64,000 nt of DNA from Antechinus flavipes (Eukaryota). Where the stretch lies: contig NC_067399.1 of assembly GCF_016432865.1 (NCBI RefSeq), positions 613,614,001-613,678,000 of the forward strand, in the 5' to 3' direction. The translations under genes were made by a program, and so were the position numbers. This document shows, piece after piece, positions 1-13,700 of this stretch. Every line of letters begins with the position of its first letter. Position 1 is the stretch's first letter. The notes beneath the pieces are model-generated. The model ran no database searches, was not told the origin of the DNA, and saw only the letters and a list, made by a program, of their open reading frames with translations.

Positions 1-1009
1 AAGTCATTTAATCTCGGTTGCCTCTGAAAGAGTTGGGGGATGACTCATTAAAAATAAATAATATGTTTGCTGTTTCATAGATCACTGGTTTCTGTTTGGT
101 CTATTTTAATTTTCAAGGATTTCAAATCTAGCCTAAGGTTTACCACTTTTCTAAGATTCTTACTCTCCTCTTACATTTTTATTTGATTTTTTAAAATCTC
201 TTTCATCATTTCTTCTAAGTATTCTTGTAGTCCTTGTGGAAATCCCTTTTTCATTTTGAGTGTATGTTGTTGCTATGGCATCATGGACCCCTTGAGGAAT
301 TCTAGATTTATAATAACTTTTGATGGTCATTTTCTCTATAATTTATTCCTTTCTCCTACTTCTTTATTTGGAGGTTTGAGCCGGGGCAGGCTTTACCTGT
401 TCCTGAGATTTTGGGTGGAATGGTCAACTCTGCTTGTGTTCACCTTGGATCCTCCCAGTTTCTATACCGATCACATTTTGGGGTTAGCATACCCCAGATC
501 TTTGGTTTTCTTCAAAACCATCTCTGTTCTATTTAGGGCAGAGTGTTAGGGACTTTAGAGTCCCTGACTTAACTCAGACTGCTCTGATCACTTAGCAGTG
601 CAATAATCTGTCATTTCCCTGGGCTTCCATGGTTTCCATGCTGAGGCTTTTAAATCGCCCTGGAGTTTTCTCAGGGGAGCTCTCTGCCCTCACCACTTTT
701 GGATACCTAGAGAACCTTTTAGGTTTCATGTACCCTTGCCTATTTCTGTTTGTAATAAGGAACTATCCTGTGCCGATGCCAGCTATGCCTCCCTTCCTGC
801 TGCCCTAGAGCATCTGGCTAACCTTGTAGCACACTTTTAGAATGGAAGAGACCACTCCATTCTACTTTGTCAGTGAATTTCTTCTTCATTATTTGTTTCT
901 GATATGAATTTATGGGTTTTGCTGGAATAGGTATGGGGAAGGTGGGAGGTCTGCTTCCAATCAGGTTGCTATCTTGAGGCCAAAAGACTTATGTTTTCTA
1001 TTTCCAATG

Positions 1010-1650
1010 TATTTCTTACATCTATTTCTTGCTCACTACCTGCACAACCACCACTGAGTTCAGGTTCTCATCACTTCTTGCCTGTATTGTTGGGGTGACT
1101 TGCTAGTTGGTTTCCTTCTTTTTTGATACTGAACCATCCTTCCTGAAGTTGCCAAAGTGATTTTCCTTAAGTGTTGGTCTGATGATGCCATTCAATAAAC
1201 CTCATGGGTTCCCTTTTCATTTGTAGAATAAAATACAATCTTCTGGCTCTTAAAGTTCTTCACAACCTAATTAACCAGTATGCTTTATACTTCTCTTCTC
1301 TTCCCATCTGCAGCCTAACTGACTTCCTTGCTGTAACTCAAGAACGACACTCCATCTCCGTGTCATACTGCCTATCCTTTATGCCTAGAATACACTCTCT
1401 ACCTCATTTCTGCTTCACTTCTTTCAAGACTCAGCTCGCGCATTACCTTCTGCTCGAATCTTTTCCCGATCTTCTCCAACTGCCAGTGTCTGCCCTCCTT
1501 TTGTTTATTTTGTATTTGTCCTGTACAGACAGGGTGTTATTTCTTCTTCCCCAAAGAATGTAAGTTCTTTAGAACTATTTTTTTTCTTTTAATTCTGAGA
1601 TCTAGTATAGTGCCTGGCACATAGTAGGTACTTTAAAAATATCTATTGAC
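1010..1650 (+). mobile_element. L2 LINE 3' fragment
   Basis: Pyrimidine-rich L2-like body ending in tagtgcctggcacatagtaggtac...ctattgactga. Limits approximate. Confidence 0.7.
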
Positions 1651-4600
1651 TGATTTCTTACTTGATGGTAGGAGAAGTTAGTTAGGAAGATGTAATTAAT
1701 AATCTAATTTCACTGAGAGGGAAATAAAGCTGGAAAAAGTGGGTTCTAGCCAGATTGTGAAGAGATCTAAATGTCAGGTTGAGGAATTTGTATTTTGTGT
1801 TAGAAGCAGTAGGAAACTTTCAAACTGACCAGGTGTGTCACAGTTAGATTATTTTTTAAAGAGATTGTTAGCTGTATGAAATATAGATTAGAGAGGAGAT
1901 GCCCAAGGGTTTAAGGAGAACACTTAAATATTCCAAGCAAAAGGTAACAAGTGCCTTGAGTGAGGCTAGTTGAATTACAAGTGAAAAGATAGGGTGGATA
2001 CATTTTTAGACATTATATGAGCACTTGACAGTTGTTTGAACTTGGAAAAAATGGGAAGATTTTATTTAGGCTTTGAACCTGGATTGATGGATAGTGATTG
2101 ATATTAAAAGAAATCAAGTTGGGAGCAGGAACAGGTTTAGAGAAGATGATTATGAGTTATTTGGATATGATTGATATATCAATGGAATATCAAAATTGAT
2201 ATAATCACCAAACCAGTAGAAATACAGAACTGAACTTCCAATGAAATTTGGGGTGATATCCAAAACCAAAAGAGCAAAGTCTTAGGGGACTTCATCAGAC
2301 TTTCTGGACAGGTTAAGAGATGAAGTGTAAATACTGTCATCTTCATTTACATATAAGACAATTGAGCCTCAGAGAAGGTCAGTGATTGACAAGCAGTTAG
2401 TGAAGGGCAAAACTAGGATTTGAATAGATTAAAAAAAAAAAAAAACCAAAAGAGACAATAGTTGTTGAGATGATATGTGATCTACTGGGTTAGAATTAGC
2501 AATGAATACATGTACAAAGGTTAAAAAGTATTGATTTTTATAAAATGAAGCAACTTTCTTTGTTTTTTTGAGAATAAAGTAAATTAAATTACAAGGGATT
2601 ATTTAACTATAACATTTGTAAAAAATGCTACAGAAAGTTTTGTGACCCTGTTCCTCTTGTGTATAGCAGATCAATTTCCCTTCATTTTTCTTTCTATTCC
2701 TTATGCCTAATATATTGTCTTTCACATAGTAGATACTTTATAAATATTTATTAAGTATCATTTACATTGATGTGTTCATTTGAAATTTTTCAAATTTTGT
2801 CATCTTAAGAGTATTTTTTTTTAAGGCTGGGTGAGTTCTACCTCCTTTTTTTTGTCTACTCGGCTTCTGAACTGTCTTCCAACAACCCAACAAAGGCTAC
2901 TTTGCTAACATGCCCTGACAGTGTTTACCGTGGTTTTTCGGTGGAGAAAACTGCAGAGAACTCAGGGACACTTGTTCTTATACCTCTGACTAAATAGAAG
3001 ATATACATTATGGAGAATAGACAAATACGAGGGAAATGTAAGGGAAAGGGGAAGGATTTTTGGTGTAATTGATTCCGCTGTGTTGAGGGGAAAAAGGAAT
3101 AATGGACCATCATTATCAAGGATAGTCCAGTCCCCTTTCCCCCATTTTATAGATGAGGAAACTGAGCTGCAAATTAGTGAAGTGACTTAGCTAGGGTCCA
3201 CAGATACTAAGTAGCTGAAAATTCCTCCTCCACTTTGTTCATATTTTATCATTTCCCCTTGTCTGCAAGTTCTTTAAACACACCTTAGGAAAGATTCTTT
3301 GAGACTGTAGGATAATTTATTAGTTTACAATTGCTGAGATCTTGGGTTGGAAATAATAATAAATGCAGATGTAAGATTTAAAAGGTGCATTTTCTGTGGC
3401 ATTCTTCCTAAGTAGTATAAAAGAAGGCTATCTCCATGATCCTTCCAAAAATCATTACTCTGAAGGATTATGGTTCTAGGATTATTTAAATGCATTTGCA
3501 AAATGTTTGTATGACATTCTTATTTGTTTGTGTGTGATTTAAGCAAATTGATTAAGTTTAAAAGTGAAGAGATTTCTACAACTTTTCTACCAATTGTAAT
3601 AACTTTATCATTAATTTACCAGAACATGATATGTGGGGCAACAGAAATAAATGTATTCAGAGGAAAATCAATGAATTTTTATCTTTATTGAAATTTTATT
3701 AGTTCTTTAATATTTATCTCTAATTGCCTTATTTCTCTGTTTTTACTACAAATTTTATTGGAAAGAAACTAAGCCACTGCAGAAACCAAAATGACATTGG
3801 AGGTTCAATGAAGGGGAGATGGGCAGAATCTGTAATAGTTGTGATAACTGAAGTAAACTTTCAACCTTTTCTTTTAAAATTAAAGCTATTTAAAACATAT
3901 TTAATATAAATACAAAGAATAGTAGAAGACTTGGCGCTTATGAAAATTGACAGGTCACATATGTAAAGTACATATTTTGTACTACAGACAATTCTAGTAA
4001 AAAGCAAAACTTTAGAATATGTTTTTCTTCTCCTAGCTCTGAAAAACTTAGATTCCCTAATGAGGTTAATGCCATGGAAATAAACTAGTAAAAATTCTTC
4101 TTTCTTTTCTTTGACAAGAATAGCCAAAAAACTCAGGAAAAAGGGACAGAAGTACATTGGTTTTGATTTCAAATGATTACCTATTTCAGCTGCTTTGTGG
4201 GACATAGAGTGGCTTCTAAAAATGCAAAACTTAAGCTTGAACGAGAGACATCATTTTGTAGTTTATTATAAGAATAAAAATCTCTATATTGAGAAAGAAA
4301 ATTTACGAAGATGTCTACTTAAGTAAAGTATCAAGTGAGATTTTAAAAATTTCTCGCTTTTATTTCAATTACAGAATTTTAATCTTCTTTATTTATTCTC
4401 AGAACACTAAAAATTTGCTTTAATTTTTGTTCTGGTACAAATAATATCTCACTCAAATTTAGGAAAACTAATATTAAAGCGATTAGAGAACAATTCTGAT
4501 AGGTTGGTTTGAAATTACTCATTTGAGATATTTCTATAAAAGTAAATAAAATTGTTCTTAGTTTTCTTTTTGACTTTATATTTTACAAGGATTATTTTGA

Positions 4601-4794
4601 ATTCAGCAGACACATTAAAGCTAACATAAAGCTAAAAAACAAACAAGTTACTAAATGAACCTCTCTTTTTACCCACTTTTCAGTGTAGTCTGTGGATTTT
4701 TTGAGATGGAGTAATTTGCTGATAATAGGAGTAAGATGACTTTCTGTACTTCCTAGAATCAAAAACTGGGGCAATTAATCTTTAAAAGAATTAT

Positions 4795-5115
4795 TTTTTT
4801 TTGGATTTTTTTTTATTTATCCTATTAAATATTTTCCAATTACAAATAGAAAAAAATTTTTTAACATTCATTATTTAAAAGTTTGAGGTCTAAATTCTCT
4901 CCCTCTTATTCCTTCTCCACTCCTTGAGAAGACAAGCAATTTGATATCAGTTATGCATGTTAAGTTATGTACATATTTCCTTCCATATTAGCCAAGTTGA
5001 AAAAAAAAACCACTTAAAAAAGCAAGAAAATATTTTTTAAAAGTATACTTCAGTCTGCTTTCAAAATTCATCAGTTCTCATTCTAGAAGTATATACCAAT
5101 TTTTTGTCCTCCTCC
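4795..5115 (-). mobile_element. Old marsupial L1 3' end fragment, reverse orientation
   Basis: A T-rich tail followed by reverse-complement L1 3'UTR-like text (ttttccaattaca...aattctctccctc...caagcaatttgatat). Limits approximate. Confidence 0.5.
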
Positions 5116-7608
5116 ATGGGTCACAAAGGTAACAAGCTTTATTCAAAGTAAATTTCTTTTTTTTTTTTTTTTTTTTTTTTAAAGAGAGGACTGTCTCAAA
5201 AAACCAGGGCTATATAGTTGCCATAGCATAGGATAAAGGGAAAACTGACAAGTGTCTTTCCCTAGAATGTTCAAGAATGTGCTTGTCTATAGATCTACAA
5301 AGGGTGCTAGGACACAATTATGTATTTTCCTCATAGAGGGCTAGTGAAAACTATCACATTTGAGAAAGGTATGCTTACTATTCCAATTAGTGCCTATGGG
5401 GAGGAACCAAAATGAATTATGTTTTAACTACAGCCTATTTCTAATCTCCCTGATGGTAACTGTGTTTTGCTTAGTTGAATGCTTCTTCCATCTGCCATGT
5501 GCCCCTGCCATTTTTTAAGATGGTTTCCCTTATAGTTTTTTTTTTAGGGTTTTTTTTTTTTTTTAAGCTTTTAGCTGCTGAGATATAGCAATTCCATAAG
5601 TCATTTACTACCTCCAGTTTTGTGTTCTATCAAAATTGCTGTTGTTTTCTAATCTCTGATTTTGTTACAACATAAACAGGATGAATACTTCTACATTACT
5701 AGTTAAGTCTTTATCCCTATGCCTTGCACATTGTCTAGATGATGAGGGCAGGGATCATCACTCAAATCAAGGCACAGGTGGCTTCAGGTATTGCTCCTGC
5801 AGGCCAAGTCTGTTCTGATGTGCCTCCTCACCCACCAGGAACGAGGCCGTCTTTGGGGGCCATATGAGATTGAGCCCCTGTCCGCTCTGGGAGCAGACTG
5901 GATGTCTACTAAGGTCTGGAAAAGTGAGGGATCATACTCTCAAGATGGCCAGACAGGACAAGATGAAAGAAGAGTTGGCATACTGAGTAAGAGGCAGGTG
6001 CTTTGTCAGCCTTGATGCCCACCTCTGGCACAAAGAGCTTCACTCCCAAGTTTATAACTGGGAATTCCACTATAAACCATAAAAGATGGTATTTACTTTT
6101 CGGTGAGATTGTATTAGTTTACCCAGAAATCTCATTGTTGCTGAATGACACAGGAAGAGACTGAATTTCTCACTTCCAGAATTCCAAGCTTTTCTTAGAG
6201 ACTGTTTTTGAGCTCTTTTTCTTTCTTACTATTTTGCTTTTCTATTTCTGCTATTAAAATACATGCAGCCCAGTAGTTTAATGGTAAGAGCAACAGGATT
6301 AGAATAAATTCTTAAATTAAAAACCATTCATGAAGCACTTATTATGTGCCAAACATTTTTCTAAGAGCTGGAGATATAAATGCAGAAGAAATTCTGCCAT
6401 CAAGGAGCTTACATTCTAACAAAAGAAACACTGCCCACGGGAACTTGGCAGCAAGGAAGAGAGGATTTGATCCAGAAATCTGGAGGGTTTGTGAGGTCTA
6501 AGTCTGAAGTGGGGAGAGACCTAAATTTAAATCCACTATTTATTTCTGTAACATTTCACAACCCAAGTCAATCTCAGATACTGAGTTTTTTCATCTATAA
6601 AAAGAAAGAGCTGTAGTATGTGATCTCTAAAAGTCCAAATCCCATGATAAGATAGTGAGGGGAAGATTGAGGTTAGATTTTATCTACCTTTATATAGGCT
6701 TGGTCAAATAGTCAAGAAGTGAATGTAGTTGATTTTAATTGTATTCTCCTGTCTATACTGGAAAAAAAATCATTGGGACAAATCATTAAAGATAGTATTG
6801 TGAAATAACTTCCCTTTAAATAGCATCTGTCAAAGAAATTTATGAATATTCTTTTTCTTTTTCTTATTTTTTTCTTCCCATGTCACGGACTTCAAAGTTA
6901 GGTAGTCTTGAAGAAACTAAAGGATAGAAAGTTAGTTGATTGTACCTGCCAGCCAATTCTATACTCAAGATTAAACCAAGTAGTTGTAAAATGAAATTCA
7001 GCAGATATCTCTTCAGGACCTACTATGTATAAAAACTTCCCTTTTTCCTTTCAGAACTTTTCTTTTCCTTTCTACAAGTCCCCCTTGTTTTAAGATTCTT
7101 TGCTCTTATATTTGAAATGTTTTTTGAAAATGCTGATAAGTTGGTATATGGTTCGTTCTGATGTAGAAAGCCTGGAGTGGAACAAAAAATGTCAAATTAA
7201 ATTAACTGATTATTGGCTTTGCATAGTGTTAGTCACTCAAACCCACTTTTAACAAGGACTGTAATAATTACTGGACCAAACAGTTTTTTCCTCAAGCAGA
7301 AAATTGCTTTCCATTAGGATCACTTGCTTCTTTATGATTTTTTTTTTAGATACTCTGTAATATATTGTACTGAATTTAGACTTTGAAAAGGTTTTCATAA
7401 AGACCGAGGGCTCCTTGGAAAAATTGAATAAATATGATCAAAGGTAAAGTTTTGTTAGTTTCAAACAAAAGATAAGGCTCTAAATAACTAATTCTCATAC
7501 TTTGGGAAGTTGTTTATAAAAGAATAGAAAGTACTCTATAGAATTTGTGGAACTACTAGAGAAATTGAAGAGCAAGATTGTAAAATGGGCCAGCAATATA
7601 AAGTAAAA

Positions 7609-7900
7609 TTTTTTATTTCCTTCGCAGGCTAATTGTACACTATTTCAAAGTCCGACTCTTTTTATACAGCAAAATAACTGTTTGGACATGTATACATATA
7701 TTGTATTTTAACTTATACTTTAACATGTTTAGCATGTATTGGTCAACCTGCCATCTGGGGGAAGGGGTGGGGGAAAGGAAGGGAAAAAGTTGGAACAAAA
7801 GGCTTTGCAACTGTCAATGCTGAAAAATTACCCATTCATATATCTTGTAAATAAAAAGCTATAATAATAATTTTTAAAATATAAAAAAAATTTTTTAAAA
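7609..7900 (+). mobile_element. Marsupial L1 3' end with A-rich tail
   Basis: Contains acctgccatctgggggaaggggtggg...ggaacaaaaggctttgcaa...aataaaaagctataataa. Flanked by ATAAAGTA at 7598-7605 and 7901-7908, a possible TSD. Confidence 0.8.
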
Positions 7901-10645
7901 ATAAAGTACAAAAGTGTTAGCATTAATTATGTGTTTGGAAAATTCACTTATTCAAAACATTTCCTTGATAATGGATAACTAATCCATTGTTGTAGCATTT
8001 TATTATGATTCCTTTTCTAGAAACTGTAGGGAATGAATGGGATAGTTTGAGAACTCTCAATGTTCTCAATTCTCAATGAGAATGTGTCTTCATTTCTTCA
8101 TAAAATAAGTCCTGACACTTTTAAAAATAGATAAAGGTATTTATTTGGAGCAGAAATAGAAATATAAATTATTAGAAGAATGTTCAGCACCTATTTCTCA
8201 AATAGCAAGTCCCAATTCAAGTCCATAGAGTTCATTAGAGGCAGCTGGTGATGGAGGGAATAGGGAATTGGGTCTATCTTCGGAAAGAACTGCATGCAAA
8301 TTAGCTGTCTGATGCTGCATAAGTCATTTCAACTCTGCTTTTGTTTCCTCATTAAAATGGAGATAATAGCACCTATCTTGCAGGATAGTTTTGAAGATAA
8401 AGTATTTGTAACATATGCTTAGCCCAGTACCTGGTTCAAAGTAACTGTTGTTTAATTGTTTTGGTTATATCTGATTCTGTGACTCTCAATTGGAGTTTTC
8501 TTAGCAAAAATATTAGAGGGTTTGATATTTCTTTCTTCAACTCACTTTGCATATGAGAAAACTGAGAAACTTGGTTAAGTGATGGATAAGTATGAGGCCA
8601 GATTTGAACTCAGGTCTTCCTGATTCTAGGCCTGGCACTCTTATCACTATATCACCTATTTTCCCTGTTAACACACACACACAAAAAGCCATATAAATGC
8701 TTATTCTCTTCTCTTCCTCTACCCATAATCTTTCTTTGGTTTCTACTTCCAATGTTTGTGTTTGGTTTGACACAAGGGTGAGAAATTTATTCATTCATGC
8801 ATTTATTAAGTACACATTATATAAATGGAACTTTGCTACATACCTACAATTCAAAGACAATTCAAAAAGAGTCCACACCTTCAAAGAGTTTTCTTATATT
8901 CTAATTGCATTCACACAAGATGCCAGTGAAAAATGAAATTTTCTAAAATTGAGCATGAGCAGAGTAAGAAAAATGAAGATGGAAGAGATGGTACATCCAC
9001 AAGTGAAAGTCTGAATACTTGATTTCTAACTTGAAGCAGTTTATGTTAAGAAGCACGTATGAGGTAGTAGCAAAAAAAAACATTTTCATGCCATGTATTA
9101 AAGAAACTTGTTCTGTAGGAATTTTTAGAGTTTAGATAAAAAACTAAAATGAGAAAATATAAGCTTCCTAGTTCATACCTGTGGTATGAATTGCCATGTG
9201 ACTTGTAATTATTTTGAAAATTGAAGACAGGAAAGGGATGATTTAATTAAAAATGTCATCACTATAATAAAAGAATTCTTACTCTGTACTAGGTGCTGTA
9301 ACAAGTAGTAATCATAGTCACAGAAATAGATCACTACTACTATGAAAGAATTTATAATCTTATCCCCAAAAAGCCACTGATTAATTGAATAAAACTTCTT
9401 AGAAGTATTAGCATGTAAGGAAACTTAATGTTGCATTAAACTTAATAACGATAATGTTCTCTCAGCAAATCCCAGGTGTCCTGAAATTTTTCTTGCTAAA
9501 CCATTTTATCAGCTATACATTTAATTTGTTCCCTGTACTAAGTTATTTCCATATACACCTTATAAATTCCATATTAAAACTCTGGAAGCTTATTATGGAT
9601 TAGTTTCAGGATGCTTTCAAAACAAAGGTTTTTGGTATAACATAATTACCAAAAATTATGTTTTATTCAGATGATGGATAATGATAATAATAACTAACAT
9701 TCATATAACACCTGTTATGTGCTAATAGGCACTGTGCTAAACAGTTTATAACTGTATTCTCATTTATTCCTTCCAACAACCCTGGGGAGATACAGACTGA
9801 CAGAGGTCAGGTGACTTGATCAGGTTCACACAGTGTTGCTCAAATGTTCAAGACTGGTTTTGACCTAAGATTTTTCTGACTTCTGGCCCAGATCTTACTG
9901 TCTTACATGTTCAGATTTAAAGTCTTGAGAGTCAGACAGACAGTTTGGGCTGCAAGACTGCCTTTGTGTTGACTTTCCAGAAAGCTGATCATTGTTTTCT
10001 TCTTTTTGTTGACTAACTAACAATGTTGAGAGGAAAAGCATGTGAAAATCACAAATACTAAGATTTAATGTAATTTTGTCATGCATTAAGTTATTAGACT
10101 ACTAGGGTTTCATTTTCAAATTGGCTTTTTATTTCTGGGCCTGATAGCTGTATGCCTAAGTATATGCCATTTGATAGTATTGCTATAGATAAAAGTCATT
10201 GCTAAGGCAGTTTAATATCTTGTAATCATTTTCATGTCCATGGATCTGGGAGTTTTAGGCATATTGTTAGGAATTTTAAAAATAAGCAGATTTGCAATTT
10301 CCTGATTTGCATCTAGTTGTCTGTTTCTATTTATAAGTTTTATACCATGAATGAATCCTTACATTCCCACTTATTAATAAAAGACTGTGGGCACAGTCAT
10401 ACAACTTCTTCAGACTTTGGAGGTTTTCTCATTCGTAAAGTGAGAGAGCTGAGCTAAATGATCTAAGGTTTCTTCCTATTGTGAAACAATGATTTATAGC
10501 TATAGCTTATTAGCTTTCATTGTTTAAAATGGATAAAACTGCTAAATCTAAGAAATCAAACCCATTTCAGCTAACTAACTGAATTTATTACATATTGGTC
10601 ATTATTTTAGCCCACAGCCATTATGAATTAATTTTGACACTTTTT

Positions 10646-10648
<3 letters not shown>

Positions 10649-10692
<44 letters not shown>
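10649..10692. repeat. (AT)22 microsatellite
   Basis: Seen directly, ~80 nt upstream of the PALI1 acceptor. Confidence 0.97.
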
Positions 10693-10694
<2 letters not shown>

Positions 10695-10749
10695 AATTAA
10701 GATTTGATGATGTACATTTTTTTCTTTTTAAACTGAATTACATTTATTG

Positions 10750-10774
10750 ACTATTTTTCTCTCTATCTGTCTAG
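10750..10774 (+). promoter_or_regulatory. LCOR: Polypyrimidine tract and AG splice acceptor of the PALI1 exon
   Basis: The sequence tctatttttctctctatctgtctag lies directly before the open frame. The phase-2 junction fits the LCOR ...GNG| junction. Confidence 0.85.
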
Positions 10775-13700
10775 TGAGGACCCAGCAGAGACAGTAACAA
10801 TAGATTCTAACAATCAGCCGAAGTCACCACTGGAAAAGTTTATGGTCAGATTGTGTACACATCATCAGAAGCAGTTCATTCGGGTTCTAAACGACCTCTA
10901 CACAGAAGTGCAGCCAGGGACTGACGGCCAGCGATTTCCTGATTCTGAAACTATGGATCTTTCTACTTGCAGCCCTGGGTGTGGTCAGCTAAGCACTGAA
11001 AATCAAGAAAGGGGAACTATTTGTTTTGACATGAAGTCCCCTTCTACAGATTTACTCGTAGACCGAATGACATGTCAAGGGTCCCCTTGTGTGACAGGGT
11101 CAGCCCTGAAGGAGCCTGCTGAGATGAAATCTTTAGAAAGAAAAGAGAATTCCTTTACTGTTATCAAAAAAGACTCTTCTGAACTTCCAACTACTAAAGC
11201 CAATTCTGGTGGTCCAAAAGATGGTTCTACTCTTGGATACCTCACTGCATCTAATTCTTCCTCATTTAACTCCCACCATGTTTCCAAATGTCCGGAAGGG
11301 CAAACTACTGGACAAGAGCATGACGTTAGTGTTAAAAAATCAGAGGATGAAAAAGACCAGATACAAAGCACAGCTTTAGTAGAAGGTTTTATTGCTGTAA
11401 AAGTGGCAAATGTGAATAGTACTGAGGATGGTGACAGTTGTATGGTTTCTCAAAAGAATTTATTCAGAGCTTTACCAGAAGAGACTTGGGACTCAGGGTT
11501 TATGGGAAGCTCACCTAGAACTGCTGACAAAGAGAATGCTTTACAATGTAGCTCAAAATCATCTTTGCACCAGGATTTAGAGGAAAATGAACAAGATACT
11601 AGGCCAAAGCAGGAAAATCATCTCCACATGCTGGGAAGGAATAAGGCAGGTTATCATTTACATCCTGGTGACAAGGGTCAGTTTGATAATTCCAAAGATG
11701 TTTGGTTATCACCAAGCCCCATGCCAGGTCTACACAAAGCATCCATTGGACATTCACGAACAAAAATTATATCGGCCTCTATTAAAACAGCCCGGAAGAG
11801 TAAAAGAACTTCAGGTTTGAGAATTAATGATTATGATAACCAGTATGATGTTGTTTATATCAGCCAACCCATAACAGAGTGCCACTTTGAGAGTCAGAGA
11901 TCAATATTATCTTCTCGAAAGACAGCAAGAAAGAGCACTCGAGGATATTTTTTTAATGGAGACTGCTGTGAATTGCCTACTGTCCGCACATTGGCCAGAA
12001 GTTCACGAAATGAGGACAGAAGCAGCTACTCAGCTGTGCATACAGAGGTCTTAGACACTCCCAAGCAGGCCCTGACAGTTTCAGACACTGGACCTGCAGG
12101 AGATGTAGAGATTCTTGGAGAAGACCCTGAAGAATCCAGGGAAGAGAGAATTCCTCTCGAGGTATTCCAAGACCCTTCATCAAAAAATGACTCTCCGGAG
12201 TCTGAAACTTATTCTGCAACTGATGATACTGAAGAACAAACTGAAACTAATCAACTTAGTTTTCTGAATCCAAAAGAAGCTACGACTTCAGATTCTCCCC
12301 TTTCTTTTGATCATAAGGAGAAGGTACCAGAAGACAATTCTGATGCCATAGTAAATGGCTCACCTTTGCATGTGGAAGACCAACCACAAAATGAACTTTT
12401 AGGCACTAGTGAGGATGTTCCCCTGGAAATGGATAACTGCATTGACCACTCCCCCGAGAGTGTTCTTGAAGGTAATAGTGACATGATCATTGCCTCAAGA
12501 CCTCATTCTCCTGAAACTCTTAACAGAGAGGAAAGTCCTGTTTGCTCTGAAAATGAAGCTTCTCCTAGGAACCTGAATCTGGATGCCCCTGTAGATTTCA
12601 AAAGTGTTGATGGAAGTGAAAGCATTAGTATTGAAGCTAAAACTGAAAACTCTCAAGAGCAAGATGAAAACCAGCACAAACAAGGCGAAGTTACATGTAC
12701 CAATGAAAATCTTGATGACAATGAGGGAAGTGAGGCAGCACCTGATACAAGTCAACTAGAGAAAGAAGAACAAAGTGATGATAAGCAGTCTTCAGAAACA
12801 GAGATAGGTGATCAAAACATTCATGAAGAAGAGAATTCAGACAAGAAGAAGAAAGTCAAAAAAACTCTTGTGGCCTCTGATAGGTGCCTAAGAAGTCAGC
12901 TTTCAGATACACCCATTGCTCTCCAACTTCCTTGTCTTCAAATCAAAGTTTCTAAAAGTCCAGGTGCAAAACGTCCTAAGAGAGAAGTGTACCTTGATGG
13001 AGCAGCCTCTGTACATTTCCCAACTGACTGCTACCACAAAACACTGTTGAAGAACATTGGAAATACAAATACTGATGAAAAGGATCCTGAGCAAAAGGAG
13101 AATGAAGGGAATGGGGTAATCACCAGACAGAATTTTAGAAGTATGATAGCAAAAGAAGACAGGGTTGCAGGAGGAGAAGAAACTTCATCTCAGAGTAATA
13201 GCCCTACTACCACAGCTAGCCAAGATCCAGAGATAGAGGGGCTTGAAATCTGTGAACAGACTAATTCTGATACCAGAAATGGTCATCTTCCTGCAGAAAG
13301 CAGTCCTTGTAAGGAAGACTCAGAACAATCAGAAAAGGAGTCTGTGAGCAATCCTGCAAAAGATTTAGAAGAAGTTGTCAATGAAGTAGACAGTGAAAAT
13401 ATAAAACATAGTGATACACTGTCTAGTCTGTGTGCATTATCTATTGACAGTAGGGAAAGTGCCAGTACAATCCTGAAATCATCCATGAAACAGAAAAGAC
13501 TGGCTTCTCCAACCTACAACCTAAGGCATGTTCATACAGTGGACCCTCTGGATGCTGCAAAACCTACTGCAGGAAAGGATGTTGTAGAGGATCATTCAGG
13601 GCCGGAAGAAAACCAAATCTCAGATGTTGAAGATTCCATGGAATTAAAAGATGCTGAAACAGTGGTGGATGATAAGCCCAAGTTTGTCGAATGGTGTGCA

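Noticed and set aside
8047-8087. Small palindromes TTGAGA-AC-TCTCAA and ATTCTCA-A-TGAGAAT
   Set aside because: The stems are 6-7 bp in AT-rich intron, too short to separate from chance, and there is no array or spacer structure.
10842-10844. ORF-track ATG as the start of a stand-alone 1415-aa protein
   Set aside because: The frame continues upstream to a good acceptor with residues matching PALI1 (DSNNQPKSPLEKF), so this Met is internal.
10950-10967. TMDLST as a CtBP-binding PxDLS motif
   Set aside because: It lacks the Pro or an equivalent hydrophobic anchor. The established LCOR CtBP motifs are in upstream exons outside the window.
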